A stretch of DNA of 64,000 bases from Bugula neritina (GCA_964035545.1 OZ037768.1:17219875-17283874); one strand, 5' to 3'; shown: positions 35,401-51,770, counted from the first letter of the stretch. The notes: generated from the sequence alone by a model not told the origin. Numbers and translations: made by a program.

Positions 35401-38400
35401 CATTACTAGTATTTTTGATTAATTTTTTGAAGAAATCACTTAATCATTTAATTTGTCAAATAATAATATGTTAGAGTTTAGTAAAAGTTAAATTTTAAAT
35501 AAAACCAAACGGTGATAGTAAATTCTTGAGTTCTATAAAAGGAAAATTACTCCCATATAAACTAAAACAGACTTTGCATGCTATGGATGTCCTGATGTTA
35601 ACTCTCACAAGATAATGAGGATGTGTATTTATTAAGGAATCTATTTCCTACAGACACTATTTCTTAACATCAGCTGGTAGAGCACACTGTTTGAAACTGA
35701 TTCATAAGAGAACATGAAGCTGTTTACCCTGTGCCTCTCTCTGCTGCTAGTTGTCATGTATTCAGAGGCAGCAGTTACTTACAGCTGTCATCCCGACAGC
35801 CGCATGTAAGCATATTTGAACCTAATTCTTTGACCAGAAATATTATTGTAGCATAGATTTCTTTAAGTTTAGTCAGAAATATTTTTTGCATTCAATAGTC
35901 TAGCCAAAAAAGGTATAGCAAGTGAGGTAGGTACAGTAATAGAGAAATTGAGAAAAGCCTGTGTTCTAGATTAGAAATGTAGCCAAAGAAGTTATGTTCT
36001 TGCAAGAATTTTAACCCTTGACCCAAAGTAAAATTCAATAAAAAAATTAAAGAACCTAGGCTATTTCCATTTCTCCACTACTGCTCCTAAATTGAGTGTA
36101 GTATAGCAAAAAATTTTGCATATTACAAAAATGGTTGGAAAATTGAGTATTTCTATTCTTTGGTTTATAACAATGGAGTATAATAATTGGCAGAAATTTC
36201 CACTATTTTAGGTTTGATCGAGTCAAGTGTGGATATGCAACACAGAGACCGACAGTGAAACCAGATTCCTCCTTTAGCTGTCACCCGGACAGCCGACTGT
36301 AAGTGTAGAAAACAGTGTAAGTGTAGAACTAGTGTAGGTGTATGGAATAGTGTAAGTGTAGAAATAATGTAGGTGTTTGAAAGCATGGAAGGTTAACCTA
36401 GGGGGAAGAATCTGTGAGAAATGCAGTATTAATCTTTCTGCAACTATAGCCTTGAATGTAGCGTACATGTGTATACCACACTTACTTAATATACCATACA
36501 GCGTATTTACACCTATACTTAAAGTACATTGCCTTATTTCTATTATCAATTTTTCACAGACAATTTACATATAGGTCTACAGCTATTATAGGTGAAGTAC
36601 AAAAATAGCAATTGTGACTCATCCAACTATTGTCACCAAAACATCAGGTCAAATAAATCAAACTTGTGGCAATTTTAGATACAATCCAACTAAATGTGGA
36701 ATTCCTACTTCAAAACCAGCAGCTGGCAAGCCAGACAATTCTTATAGTTGTCATCCTGATAGTCGAAAGTGAGTTCAACTATTACATAATATGTTACATA
36801 ATATTATATAACATAATATATTACATAATATATCATATGATGATCAGTTGGTATAGAGTATAGAGTATAGACTATTACATTAGTTGAGAGACCACTACAA
36901 ACAAATTGCTAAGTTTTAGTCCACCAACACTGCTACTTCCAGTTTTACTACTACCACTAGTCACTAGTGCATGTCTAGTGAGGCTTCTCTTTCTCTATAG
37001 TTGACTAGTTGAAGACCACATTTTCCCATGAGCAGGGCGGCAGGTTATATCTAGACGTACTCTTACTTTGGGCTTTTTTCTAAAACTTTCATCAGACTGC
37101 TTGAAGTGTTGTTACAGTAACAATTCATGTATATCACTGCTCTGAAAAATGCTATTTTATGTACTCAAAATCACTGAGGTGACAAGTATTTCCCTGCTAT
37201 ATCTACTACCTCTACAAAACATAGTCTGCACAGTATAGTTCTCCAGTTTGAAGTTGGGTTTTATTGAAACACCCAACTTCAAACTCGAGAACAGCGAACT
37301 ACTGCACTCAATCACCCCCAACTTGGAGCTGCTATTATACCAAGTTACCACATATAACTCATGCAAATCATAGCTAACATATGCTGAAAAAATAAAAAGA
37401 GAAGACGAATCACATATTCTAGGGATTACAATAAAAGTAAACTGATTATTTTGTCTCTTTAGCTACAACCCAGCGAAATGCGGGATTCCTACTTCAAGGC
37501 CAGCAGCCTCTAAGCCAGACTACTCTTACAGCTGTCACCCCGACAGTCCTAAGTGAGTGAAACACATTGTCTGCTATTAGAACAATCGCTTTTTGGAGGA
37601 GAGAAAAAAGTCTCGATGACATACTTAAATTTTAAAAGATAGAAAGTTAATTTTTTACAACTACATTTGCAAACAACAGAAGTTTAACAACATAATTGGA
37701 GTTTAGCAATATAATTTTATTCTCTATTTTCAATCAGTAGTATTCTACGTGGTACATGGTCTATAAATTAAAGTAGTTTTCTATCTCCAAAACATTCACT
37801 ATGTGATTACAGGTACAACCCAGTGAAATGTGGATTCGGAAAATAGAGTGTTGCAGGAGAAAAGAAAAAGGCTGAAAATATACAGCAGCTCCAAGGAATA
37901 ACTCAACATAAACTTTATGCTCGATATAATGATGTTATAAATAAACTGTTTAATTAATTCTTGATTGTGGTTATAATTTAGTGAACATATATAACTGATA
38001 TCCTACACTATTGGTTAGACATCAGGAAACATCCCAATCTGTAGGTCTACCATTATAGAAATCATCAATTGATGACAATTATATTTGCTGAGACTAACCT
38101 ACACGCAGGCTTAAATAAAAAACATGTATAAAGCAAGACTTTACATATAGAATGGCTACACCTGAGTGCTACACTCAATAGAAGTTGTTGTTAATATTGC
38201 GTTAGGTTTCCACGAGGTAGGTGCAGTAATAGAGAAATTGAGGAAAGCCTGTGTTCTAGATTATAAATGTATCCAAAGAAGTTATGTTCCCTCAAGAATT
38301 TCAACCTGCGCCCAAACCAAAATTTAATAATAAAATTATAGAACTTAGGCTATCTCAATTTCTTCACTACTACTTCTAAATGGTTTCTACAAGTAGGCAC

Positions 38401-41400
38401 TGAAAACAATTTGTTGCAAATTTGAAAGTTAATGAAAGGTATTTTTTGTGCTTCCTCCATTTTTGCAACATTTTTGAAAATTCTTTACAACTCACTGCAA
38501 CATAACTTTTTAACAAATTGTCAAAGGATAGAAAGCAGAAAAGAATAATAATGGTCTATTTAAATACTGAAGAAAACACCTAATATATATTCCCCAATTA
38601 GTTAGGGGAGTAAGAAGTAGTATGCCTAAGCATAGTCAGTAGCTCAAGCAGCAAAACTTGGGGAAGTAATTATTTTCTACTGAGCTAGAACAAGATATGC
38701 TGATTCAATGCACACTTATTGTAATTAGACAGGAGATATACAATGAGCTTCCATGGTGCCCCTACGATGAATTTGTGGTTGTGGTTTACACGAACCTATG
38801 GCAGTGGTTTCATTTGATGCAACTGTTTCCAAAATTTCAATGAAAAATCCATTTGGAAAAGTAGCAATAAGCTAGAATCTGGTGAACTTACATAGTGACA
38901 CCGAGAGCAAAGAACCTCTCGTAATCCTGGCGAGATGAATAGTTTGGAATCATCATACCGTTAGTTATGACGACTCTAGGAGCTGATGGTTGACTCGGGA
39001 ACAAACCACTGGGGTGGCCGGAGTACATGACCAGAGTCTGATTCTCAGTCATCTCACTCAGGTAGTTCATTACTAGCCAGAACTATAAACACCATTACAA
39101 GCTGGTGAAATACTAGATATCTTGAATGTGAACTATGCTATAAACTGTAACAATCAATGCTCTGACAGAAAAAAACAGCAGAAGGAGTTTTAAACATTAA
39201 ATTACCAAGCATTTTAAGGCAGACTAATACTCTTCTTTCCTGTTTAAAGTAGATATGGGAGTGAAGGACTCACTACATCACAATGCTATGCCAATAGTAA
39301 AATATCTGTTTATCATAATTGAAGCAACTTACATAAAAAATACAAAATATTCAACTCAATTAAAGACAAGACTACAAGACTTTATATAAAATAGTTCTAC
39401 CCGCATAAAATTCTAGTAAGGTATAAAAAATAGTATAGGGCTCTAAATAGTTGTACATTGGAAACTGTAGCATGCTAATCTTTTAAAGACAACCACAGCT
39501 CTTTAGTGACTACCAGTAAAGATGCTTATTTGTTGTGAGTAGTTAGAGATACTGTTCATACCTGAGCCCAGTTGCCCAGGACCTGCCCATTGCCACCGTA
39601 TGTTACCAACTCGTGAGGGAACTGGGCTACTTTGTGGTCCAAGTTATTCATGATCATCAGCATTATAGCTGCAGCCTGTGTACACTTGGCAGGGTAAAGG
39701 TGTATAGGGTAAGCCCTGGGCACAAGATACAACTGATGACAAAGTAGCAATAATCATGCATATGATAAATTTGTAATTATATGAGTTTTTGGAATACAAG
39801 ACAAGCATGGTTTTTAGGATTTTAGCTTAAAACGGCGCAGGTAATAATGGCACAATTGGAAAAGTAGGCAAAAATGGCACACTGATGGTAAATTTGGCCA
39901 AACCTTTACACTCAAACCTAAGCCCCCAACCTCCACCTCAAACCCAATATAAAAAATGTGCCATTTTTACCAGACACCTGCTTTTAGTGATGCCATTAGC
40001 CAAAATATCATGATATTTTGATGATTGCGATTATTTGAAAGTAAATTATACAACTTTCGGAAAAAAATATGAGTCAACTCACTTCATCTGAATATGTGAG
40101 GGTAAAAACCGATACATATAAATGTGGCCATATAGCTTCAGCTCCTGAGCAAACTCAGCCGCCAGTTCTTTGTGGACATCCTTTGGGAAGTATCGCAAGG
40201 CATTTTTCACAGCTAGCTAAAATGAATTATCAACAAATAACTTCAATTATACAACAATTCTGTTTGAGTATACTGCTGAAAAACAATACTTGAACAAAAG
40301 GCAATAATTATCAATTGTCTTTGGGTAAATCTTTGGAATTGTTATATAAGTGATCAACTACAATAAAAACTTGCATATTAACATGGAGTGAATTTTGGTT
40401 ACATAAGTTACATGTGCCCAAACCACACATTGCATACAAATCTTCTTCCAGGAAACATAACCAGAATGAAGCACAATGACTTATATTTATACGAAGCAAT
40501 GAATTAAAACAGCTTTATCACTATAAATCACACATTACTGCAAAAATTGATATTGTTGAATAAAATACAAACAATTTGATTGAGTAGTACTATTAGTAAA
40601 TGGAAATGAAAACAGAAAATGTGAGGTTAGGAGAGGAGTTTCACCGATACAGATCTTGAATAGCAGACAACTAGTAACCGATCACCAAGGAGTAGCTAAT
40701 GCAAGGTTATATTATACTTACTAACTGCAGGACTATATTATACTTACTAACTGCAGGACTATATTATACTTACTAACTGCAGGGTTATATTACACGTACT
40801 AACTGCAGGGTTATATTATACTTACTAACTGCAGGGCTATATTACACTTACTAACTGCAGGGTTATATTATACTTACTAACTACAGGGCTATATTATACT
40901 TACTAACTGCAGGGCTATATTATACTTACTAACTGCAGAGTTATATTATACTTACTAACTGCAGGGCTATATTATACTTACTAACTGCAGGGTTATATTA
41001 TACTTACTAACTACAGGGCTATATTATACTTACTAACTGCAGGGCTATATTATACTTACTAACTGCAGAGTTATATTATACTTACTAACTGCAGGGCTAT
41101 ATTATACTTACTAACTGCAGGGCTATATTATACTTACTAACTGCAGGGTTATATTATACTTACTAACTGCAGGGTTATATTATACTTACTAACTGCAGGG
41201 CTATATTATACTTACTAACTGCAGGGTTATATTGTACTTACTAACTGCAGGGCTATATTATACTTACTAACTGCAGGGTTATATTATACTTACTAACTGC
41301 AGGGCTATATTATACTTACTAACTGCAGGGCTATATTAGACTTACTAACTGCAGAGTTATATTAGACTTACTAACTGCAGGGCTATATTATACTTACTAA

Positions 41401-41752
41401 CTGCAGGGTTATATTATACTTACCAACTGCAGGACTATATTATACTTACTAACTGCATGGTTATATTATACTTACTAACTGCAGGGCTATATTATACTTA
41501 CTAACTGCAGGGCTATATTATACTTACTAACTGCAGGGTTATATTATACTTACTAACTGCAGGGTTATATTATACTTACTAACTGCAGGGCTATATTATA
41601 CTTACTTTGCAGTCTTGCTCAGAGAGAACTGGTGTACGGACTGGTGCATGGGGGAGACTTTCATCTCTCTTCTCAACTTTTGGCGGCAAAGGACTGAGAG
41701 GAATACCACTGCATAGTCTTACAAGTTGAGCTTTAATATCCCCTTCAGACAT
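26453..41752 (-). CDS. UROC1: Urocanate hydratase (urocanase), eukaryotic type, 15 coding exons
   Basis: Exons 41752-41606, 40216-40083, 39715-39562, 39082-38892, 33083-33017, 32608-32465, 31922-31790, 31300-31105, 30237-30140, 29973-29779, 29443-29373, 28702-28604, 27924-27825, 27454-27273 and 26602-26453 are all phase-compatible. Motifs PHAPVRTP, FPHELVTYGGNGQ, YGQMTAGSYCYIGPQGIVHGT, GLGGMSGAQPKA, SDQTSCHNP, FFDYGNAFL, GFGPFRWVC, RDHHDVSGTDSPFRETSN and HNGGGCGWGEVINGGFG. Confidence 0.98.
29150..29366. repeat. 16-bp tandem minisatellite (CAGTRRTGTTGCTATR)
   Basis: About 13 imperfect copies start a few bases inside the intron that follows the UROC1 exon ending at 29373. Confidence 0.85.
30785..30988 (-). 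mobile_element. tRNA-derived SINE copy 4
   Basis: TATGACTGAATGCTCTTCCTAACATCACCA...CCCCTAGACCATGGCT. Confidence 0.75.
32735..32920 (+). mobile_element. tRNA-derived SINE copy 5
   Basis: CTAGGGGTTAGAAC...GGGTTCGATCCC...GGTGATGTTAGGAAGAGCATCCAGTCATAA. Confidence 0.75.
33387..34550 (+). CDS. Small secreted Cys-loop peptide precursor 1 (78 aa), nested antisense in UROC1 intron 4
   Basis: Exons 33387-33478, 34117-34227 and 34517-34550 (phase-2 GT-AG introns) give MKLFTLCLSLLLVVMYSEA-AVTYSCHPDSAMYDEVRCRKLGCDPNVPGCPYNQALVKTSYSCHPDSDRYDPVKCGFGK*. It has a signal peptide, two SCHPDS loops and a terminal GK; AATAAA lies near 34644. Confidence 0.85.
35714..37846 (+). CDS. Small secreted Cys-loop peptide precursor 2 (130 aa), nested antisense in UROC1 intron 4
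   Basis: Exons 35714-35805, 36212-36298, 36679-36768, 37463-37552 and 37813-37846 give MKLFTLCLSLLLVVMYSEA-AVTYSCHPDSRMFDRVKC-GYATQRPTVKPDSS-FSCHPDSRLYNPTKC-GIPTSKPAAGKPDNS-YSCHPDSRNYNPAKC-GIPTSRPAASKPDYS-YSCHPDSPKYNPVKC-GFGK*. Codons of the motif vary synonymously between repeats. Confidence 0.88.
39818..39980 (-). mobile_element. Short copy of a Helentron/DINE-1-like non-autonomous element
   Basis: Reverse-complement match to 60494-60809, with AAAAATGGCAC/GTGCCATTTTT inverted motifs around an AAACC-rich tract. Confidence 0.55.
40703..41605. repeat. 26-bp tandem minisatellite (AGGGYTATATTATACTTACTAACTGC), about 34-35 copies
   Basis: A homogeneous array that begins exactly at the donor site of the first UROC1 coding exon. 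Confidence 0.97.
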
Positions 41753-43869
41753 TTTATTATGCGGTCTTTCAACAGTAAACTACTATAATATAGTAGTTTA
41801 CTATTATAATATATATTATAACATGACGCAATACTATGCTTAGGCATACAATTTATTATTTGTGAATTATAGTTATACTACAATTATACCAATAGTCACA
41901 AAAATACTTAGTATTATTGTTAAGAAGCAATTATGCAACCCTATTGCTAATACAATTCACAATTGACAAATATCTTCGAGTAGATCACTGTAGAAATGGT
42001 TTTTCATACTTTCAGTTTTTCTGCACACTACATGCTTTTTTAAAATTTATATAGTTTTACTGGAAGAAATCAGATTGCGCACTTTATCCAGGCATTTACT
42101 AGTAAGTAATAATAACCAAAACATAAACATTGCAAAGTGTTCAACAAAACATCACAGAAAAAAGTTTATTAACAGACAGCTAGCTTTTAATTTTGTGAAA
42201 GAAGGCAATTTATACGTTTTACCTACAAATGTTGGACCACTGCTTGCAACAATGACAACTGACCTCACCTAACCACACAGCTGCAATCTAACCTCAGACA
42301 ACTAACTTGACAAAAACTATAGACCACATATTGACAACTGACTCTATTTCTCAAGACTCTCCATGAAAAACATTAAGCACTACAAAACCTTATTTTAATT
42401 CAGCTTAGAAAGGTGATGGCAGTTATGATCATCATGGGAACAAAACATGAAACAACGTACAATACACGTCACAAAACAGCCTCACAGGTAAGGTGAAAAA
42501 CCCGACCTAGCTACACAACCAGTACAATGTGTACACTCTGATATGCCTCTGATCTCGAGGACCTATAACACTAAATGCTAAAGGTGGACCAAGCTACATC
42601 ATGAACTTCATAGATGCACAATATCAGTATGCTGCTTTCCTATAACATCTGTTACAATGATGGATGATTTTAATAGTTATTACTACACCGGAAAAAAGTA
42701 ATCTCAGATGCATCAGCAAAAGAAACTTTGAAGAAGATTCACAATGACACCGACAGGCAATACCTTAGATAGCCATCTTCGACCATACTACTTGAGAGGT
42801 TTTCCACTCGCCCTATCAAAACAGCCAATCAAAGAGGACATGACATGATACCTCTTCAAAAACTTGCCAAATCTTTTAGTTTCTGCAGCTTTGCTATCAA
42901 TAAAGCTAAATACTTGTAAACCCAGAGCTATTACAGGCATACTCAAACTACAGTTTATGAGTTATTTACAGGCACTATACCTGACATCAGAAAGAGTCAC
43001 AATTTTGAATCACATTACACTACTCTGAAGGAACTAAGCCGAAGCTCAGTACACACAGCTAGCTTTTCATTTTGAGTGAGTGTGACACCCAAATCCAAAT
43101 ACTGGGCTTGTTAAGGAATCATTATGTTAATGTTTTTTTTGATACATTCTAGTTCTTGGCTACATATAAAATTATAACATTAACATAGCATAAATATATA
43201 CTTAATGATTAAGTATATATTTATGCTAATGTTTATACATGATTTAAACTGTATAACTATATCAATATAACTAACAAATAACTTGGTCTATATAAATATT
43301 GAATATCAGTATCACTTTTATAATTATGATAATCATAATGATTACCATACGCATAGGCATAGCCAATAGCCAATAGGCCTATGCTTAGCCCTATGATATA
43401 TCAATAAGAATATTAATATCAGCCGTTTTGGTCTTAGTATTACTATTAGTATTACAGTAATAGTAATACTATTAGTATTAGTATTACTATTAGTATTAGT
43501 ATTAGATAATTAGTATTACTATTACTATCAGCATCAGTTACGGTATCATCATTATGATTATTATATTAATATTATTATCATAAATATAAATAAAATTAAA
43601 TATAATTTAAATTAAAATTTAATACATTAATGATTAATCATTTAATGATTATATTTATAATTATTAAATTTCAATTTAATATTAATATTATCATTATCAT
43701 TATTGAATCGTATTGTCATTCAAATTGTGTTTACTTTTACAGTTTTAGGCTTTAGCACAAACGCATAATGATAATCCTCATAATAATGAGTACTACTAAC
43801 CAAACTAAGCAGTGATTGTAAGAGCCAACTTTACATAATAATTATAATACGATCAGTCAAAAAACACGC

Positions 43870-44060
43870 TTTATGCAACCAACCAATTGCAAAGGATTGA
43901 TAGCTCAGAACGGGCTCCAATAATAAATCATTAAAATATATACAACCAATCACTACTGTGAACTCAGACAAGCAACGTGCGCAGTCAGCAATAAATGGAC
44001 TCGCCTATCAGCGATCCAGCCAATAAAAGATCAGCTCTTACTTTGATGGAAGCAGGTACT
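43870..44060. promoter_or_regulatory. Possible promoter between the divergent UROC1 and DECR1 genes
   Basis: A locally GC-richer patch with clustered CCAAT motifs (about 43883, 43917, 43946, 44020) inside very AT-rich DNA; donor-like GCAG|GTAC near 44055. Confidence 0.3.
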
Positions 44061-44751
44061 TGCCCACTTTTTACAATAACAGTGATTGTATAATTATATG
44101 GAATCATAACAAGTATTTGTGCCTTTAAAAATAAAAAATAAGCTCAAACAATGCACCCAAATAGCGGTGTTTCTTTTTCAATTTTTTGCGACTTGCAAGG
44201 AGATTCTATTTCCAATTTCATTGGGTATCAATGTGTTTATCGTTATGCATTATAATTTACTAATTTAAATTATTATTATTTTTAATTTCAAATTCATTTA
44301 ATTTTAACATTCTGATTCCGATTCTGATAGTGATTCTCAGGCTGGGAATCAGTCTCATACCCATATTTTGTTTAATTTAGTAATTGTAGTTGTACTCATA
44401 CTCATGATCATAATGATAATCATAATCACAATGATGTTGATACTTGGTTTTTTGCAATAACTATAACTATAAGTTAGTATAACTATAAGTGTTTCTGGTT
44501 ATTAACTCAAACTGTGGTTATCATAAGCACTGTTGTAATAGATATTGTAGTGAACTTTGGTTTGTTATCAAAATAGATTAAGCAGTCTGCGTGCCTTTTA
44601 CTATATTGACCAAATAAAGGTCTTCTTGAATATTCTTGATATAATGCCTTTATTCTATTTAGATGCGTCTTGGTTGAGCTCCAGTGGTCGACTGGCTTAG
44701 CATTGAAAACTCTCCCAGTTATATACTAACAAAATTTCCCGCCACTTTGGG

Positions 44752-44873
44752 TGTCCAAAACTCGGACCGAAATTCGGAGTTCCGCTGGCCGAAGTCAGAA
44801 AGGGTCTGCTCGAAATCGTACAGACCCTTCCGAAATCGTACCCTCGGGCTCCGATTTCGGTCGAGTTTCGACA
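44752..44873. repeat. GC-rich inverted repeat (fold-back or MITE remnant)
   Basis: TGTCCAAAACTCGGACCGAAATTCGGAG pairs imperfectly with CTCCGATTTCGGTCGAGTTTCGACA. Confidence 0.6.
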
Positions 44874-46078
44874 AAAATTATTTACAAAAAGTAGCGGGGA
44901 ACATAACTCAACAAAAACTATTACAGTATTTTATAAACAAAAGAAAATAGGAAGGGCAATTCACAATCATTACGCTAAGAGCTTAGCTATAATTACAACA
45001 TTTAACAGCATTTAGAAAGTTACGCCAAGTTAGTTATAATATAATTACTAGAGTGTTAAAATCTATGACAATATTGTATTCACTGTAGTAATGGCTGCTT
45101 TGGTGCGATCCCAATCTACTATTACATCTATTCAACGTTTTTATTCAACCAATATTACCTAAATAGTCACAATTATTAGAGTATATTTGTTAATTAATAT
45201 TATTATTATAATTATTCCAGTCACCCATACAAGACTGCGACCGTATAGGTGTGAAATTTGTTAATTTTCATTGCTCTAAATTTAAACTGATTAATACATT
45301 TAAATAAATAAGTTAGCAATAAGCAAGTTAGAGTAATTTAGTTTTTTTTACCAAATTCCTTTGCCAGATATTTTAATATCTTAGATATTTTAGATAGTTT
45401 GTTTTTACTCTAAAGCTTTATTAATATTGTAACATCTATCAACATATTTTAGAAATTGTTTTATTACACTTTACTTTAAGATGGTCATTTTATGGTTTTC
45501 TACAAATATTTTAAATTGTGCTTATTCTAATAGATTTTATTGTAAATTATGTGTGAGTATTTTAGTAATAATTACAAACACTGCCTATCTAAATCTAAAA
45601 CTTGCAAGTAAGTTATAATTGCTTACTGTGATAAGAGCCAATCTCAAATTTTGCTTGATTTTTTCAATTGTTTGTAACTCAATTTAAGATTGACTTTTCT
45701 TGACAATAACTTGATGTGATGAGCGAGTATGTTTGTTAAAGAAATTCTAACATCTATAGATTTATTTGTATTGATTCGTAGACATTGCTTATGTTATGGT
45801 ATAAGTAAAGCAAAACTGCAGAGTTAGCTCTCACAACTTTATATTATTGAAAAGTAGCGCACCCTTACAACACATCATTAATATACATACATACTTGAAT
45901 AGTACATATTTTATTAGTTTTACTTTTATTTATCAAAGACACTTTTTTGCATTGCATATACAATGATGTCAACTTTTAATAACTTGAATAGATGAATATA
46001 ATATATTCGGTTTAAGTTTTAGTTTATATGAAGTTTACAATAGTTTCTTGTTATTTTTAGAAGTAATATTTCTCCACC

Positions 46079-49874
<3,796 letters not shown>

Positions 49875-50469
49875 TCAGTTTATCTCCATGACTACGGCAT
49901 ATTGACATTGTTGCTACTATCTTTAACAGAGTCTATGTGTATAATGTGTATAAACTATGATTAAATCAGTGATTACTTACAACTTACATATATAGTATAA
50001 TTACATTGGTCTATGACGTTGAGACTTTTACCTAAGCTGTTGCGGCCTATAGCTGGAAAGTTACACTGCTGAGCTCTTTACCCTGGTTTTATTTGATACA
50101 GCTACTAATCATATTTCTGCTGGTCTCTTAGATCTCAATAAATGTCTGAAATAGCAAGATGTAGTTTTTGAGTTACAATTTTTGCATGAATCAACATCTG
50201 AAATAAGACCCTGAAATGAAATCTAATAATCCAGTGCAAAGTAAAAGTCACCTCTGTGTCTTGTAATGTTGATTTTAAATCTTGAAATTTGTATTATTAT
50301 AATAAATGATGCTAGATAGAATATTTCAAGTATTGGTAGTTTTTTAAAAATCTTTCACCTGGTGAGAACCATTTACAAAAAAGCAATTTTGTTTTCAGAA
50401 AAAAAACATTGTAAATTTCTGTAAGTTGAAATTTCTGTAAGCTTTCAACACGACATTTAATTCAAGATT

Positions 50470-50655
50470 AGGATGGATAGTGGTTACCATAGAGTTAGAT
50501 GGAGGGTGGTTACTAAGATGGTGGGTGGTTACTAGGATGGAGGGTGGTTACTAAGATGGTGGGTGGTTACTAGGATGGAGAGTGGTTACTAAGATGGTGG
50601 GTGGTTACTAAGATGGTGGGTGGTTGCTATTTACTAGGATGGAGGGTAGCTGCTA
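50470..50655. repeat. G-rich tandem minisatellite of about 18 bp (RGATGGWGGGTGGTTACTA)
   Basis: About 9 copies downstream of DECR1. Confidence 0.85.
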
Positions 50656-51770
50656 TAGCCATGAAGTAGAATTTCAAATTTGTAAATACTCCGTAGTTGA
50701 GTTATAATGGTAGAATCTATATTTCTGTAGTATTGTTTAGCTTGGGACTCTGACATGAAGTTGGAGTGCTCATCAGGGGGAGCTAACTCTAAATATGACT
50801 CATCTCTTCCTATTAGCCTTAAGATATATTTGGTATCAGCATCTAAAATAGTACAAAAATAGTATAATAGAATAATATATTAATATTTATTTGAACGTCT
50901 AATTGCTGCATGCATCTGAAGTATCATTTAGACTTTAAAGTAAATAGACATGTTGAAATAAAATGAGAAAGTGTTTGGTCAGTTAATATATGCCAAGAAT
51001 ACGTTATTAATTATGCAATGAAGATTTTATATCAATTGATTATTGCTGAATTTTGAGAGATATAATTTAAGCTGTTTTGCTTCTGATACATTGCCCTTGC
51101 ATCGAATATACTATAAGATAATACAATTTAATGTGAGCCAGCTTAACATGTCAACTCAGCAAGCAAATTTCTACCTTTAACTAATCTTAAAATTGTATTC
51201 AATTAAAAGTGGGCAGATATGGTGACTGCATGGGAGTTGAGAGTTAGTAAAATTTTGTGAGCTAAAATATCCTTTGCATTGCCTTAAGCTAGCTATTATT
51301 CAGTCTTAAAATTTCTCTAAAAGTTGTGAAATTTGTTAAAAATCAATACCACTAGGCACTTTTTATCAAAAGTGAATTAATCCGTCTTTTATAATACAAG
51401 TAGGCATATGTATCCAAACATAGTATATCGAGAGAGTATGTACATATGTACAATATGTTATATGTATGTATGTAGTATATAGAGTATGTACACATAGAAA
51501 GAGTAAGTATAAAAAGAGAGTAGGTAAGTCTGTATAAACATATTCAATCTTGCTGCTGTAGGCCTACTCTTTTTTATATCCTTTGTGTATATATTTAGAA
51601 GCATACTCTCTCTATATACTATATGTACATACATACTTTCTCTATATACTATATGTACATACATACTTTCTCTATATACTGTCTGTACATACTCTATATA
51701 TACTTTGTGTACATATACATACTCTATATGCTATGTGTACATGCTGTACATACTTACTATTTGTACTTAC

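Noticed and set aside
33465-37550. HPD motif as a DnaJ J-domain signature
   Set aside because: There are no flanking helices; the motif sits in a 13-residue Cys loop of a secreted precursor, so the match is treated as coincidental.
40703-41605. 26-bp array as a CRISPR array
   Set aside because: The units are contiguous with no unique spacers, there are no cas genes, and the context is a eukaryotic intron.
42200-43090. Possible decayed retroelement coding sequence
   Set aside because: The composition is suggestive but I could not read a diagnostic motif; it needs a BLASTx or Dfam search.
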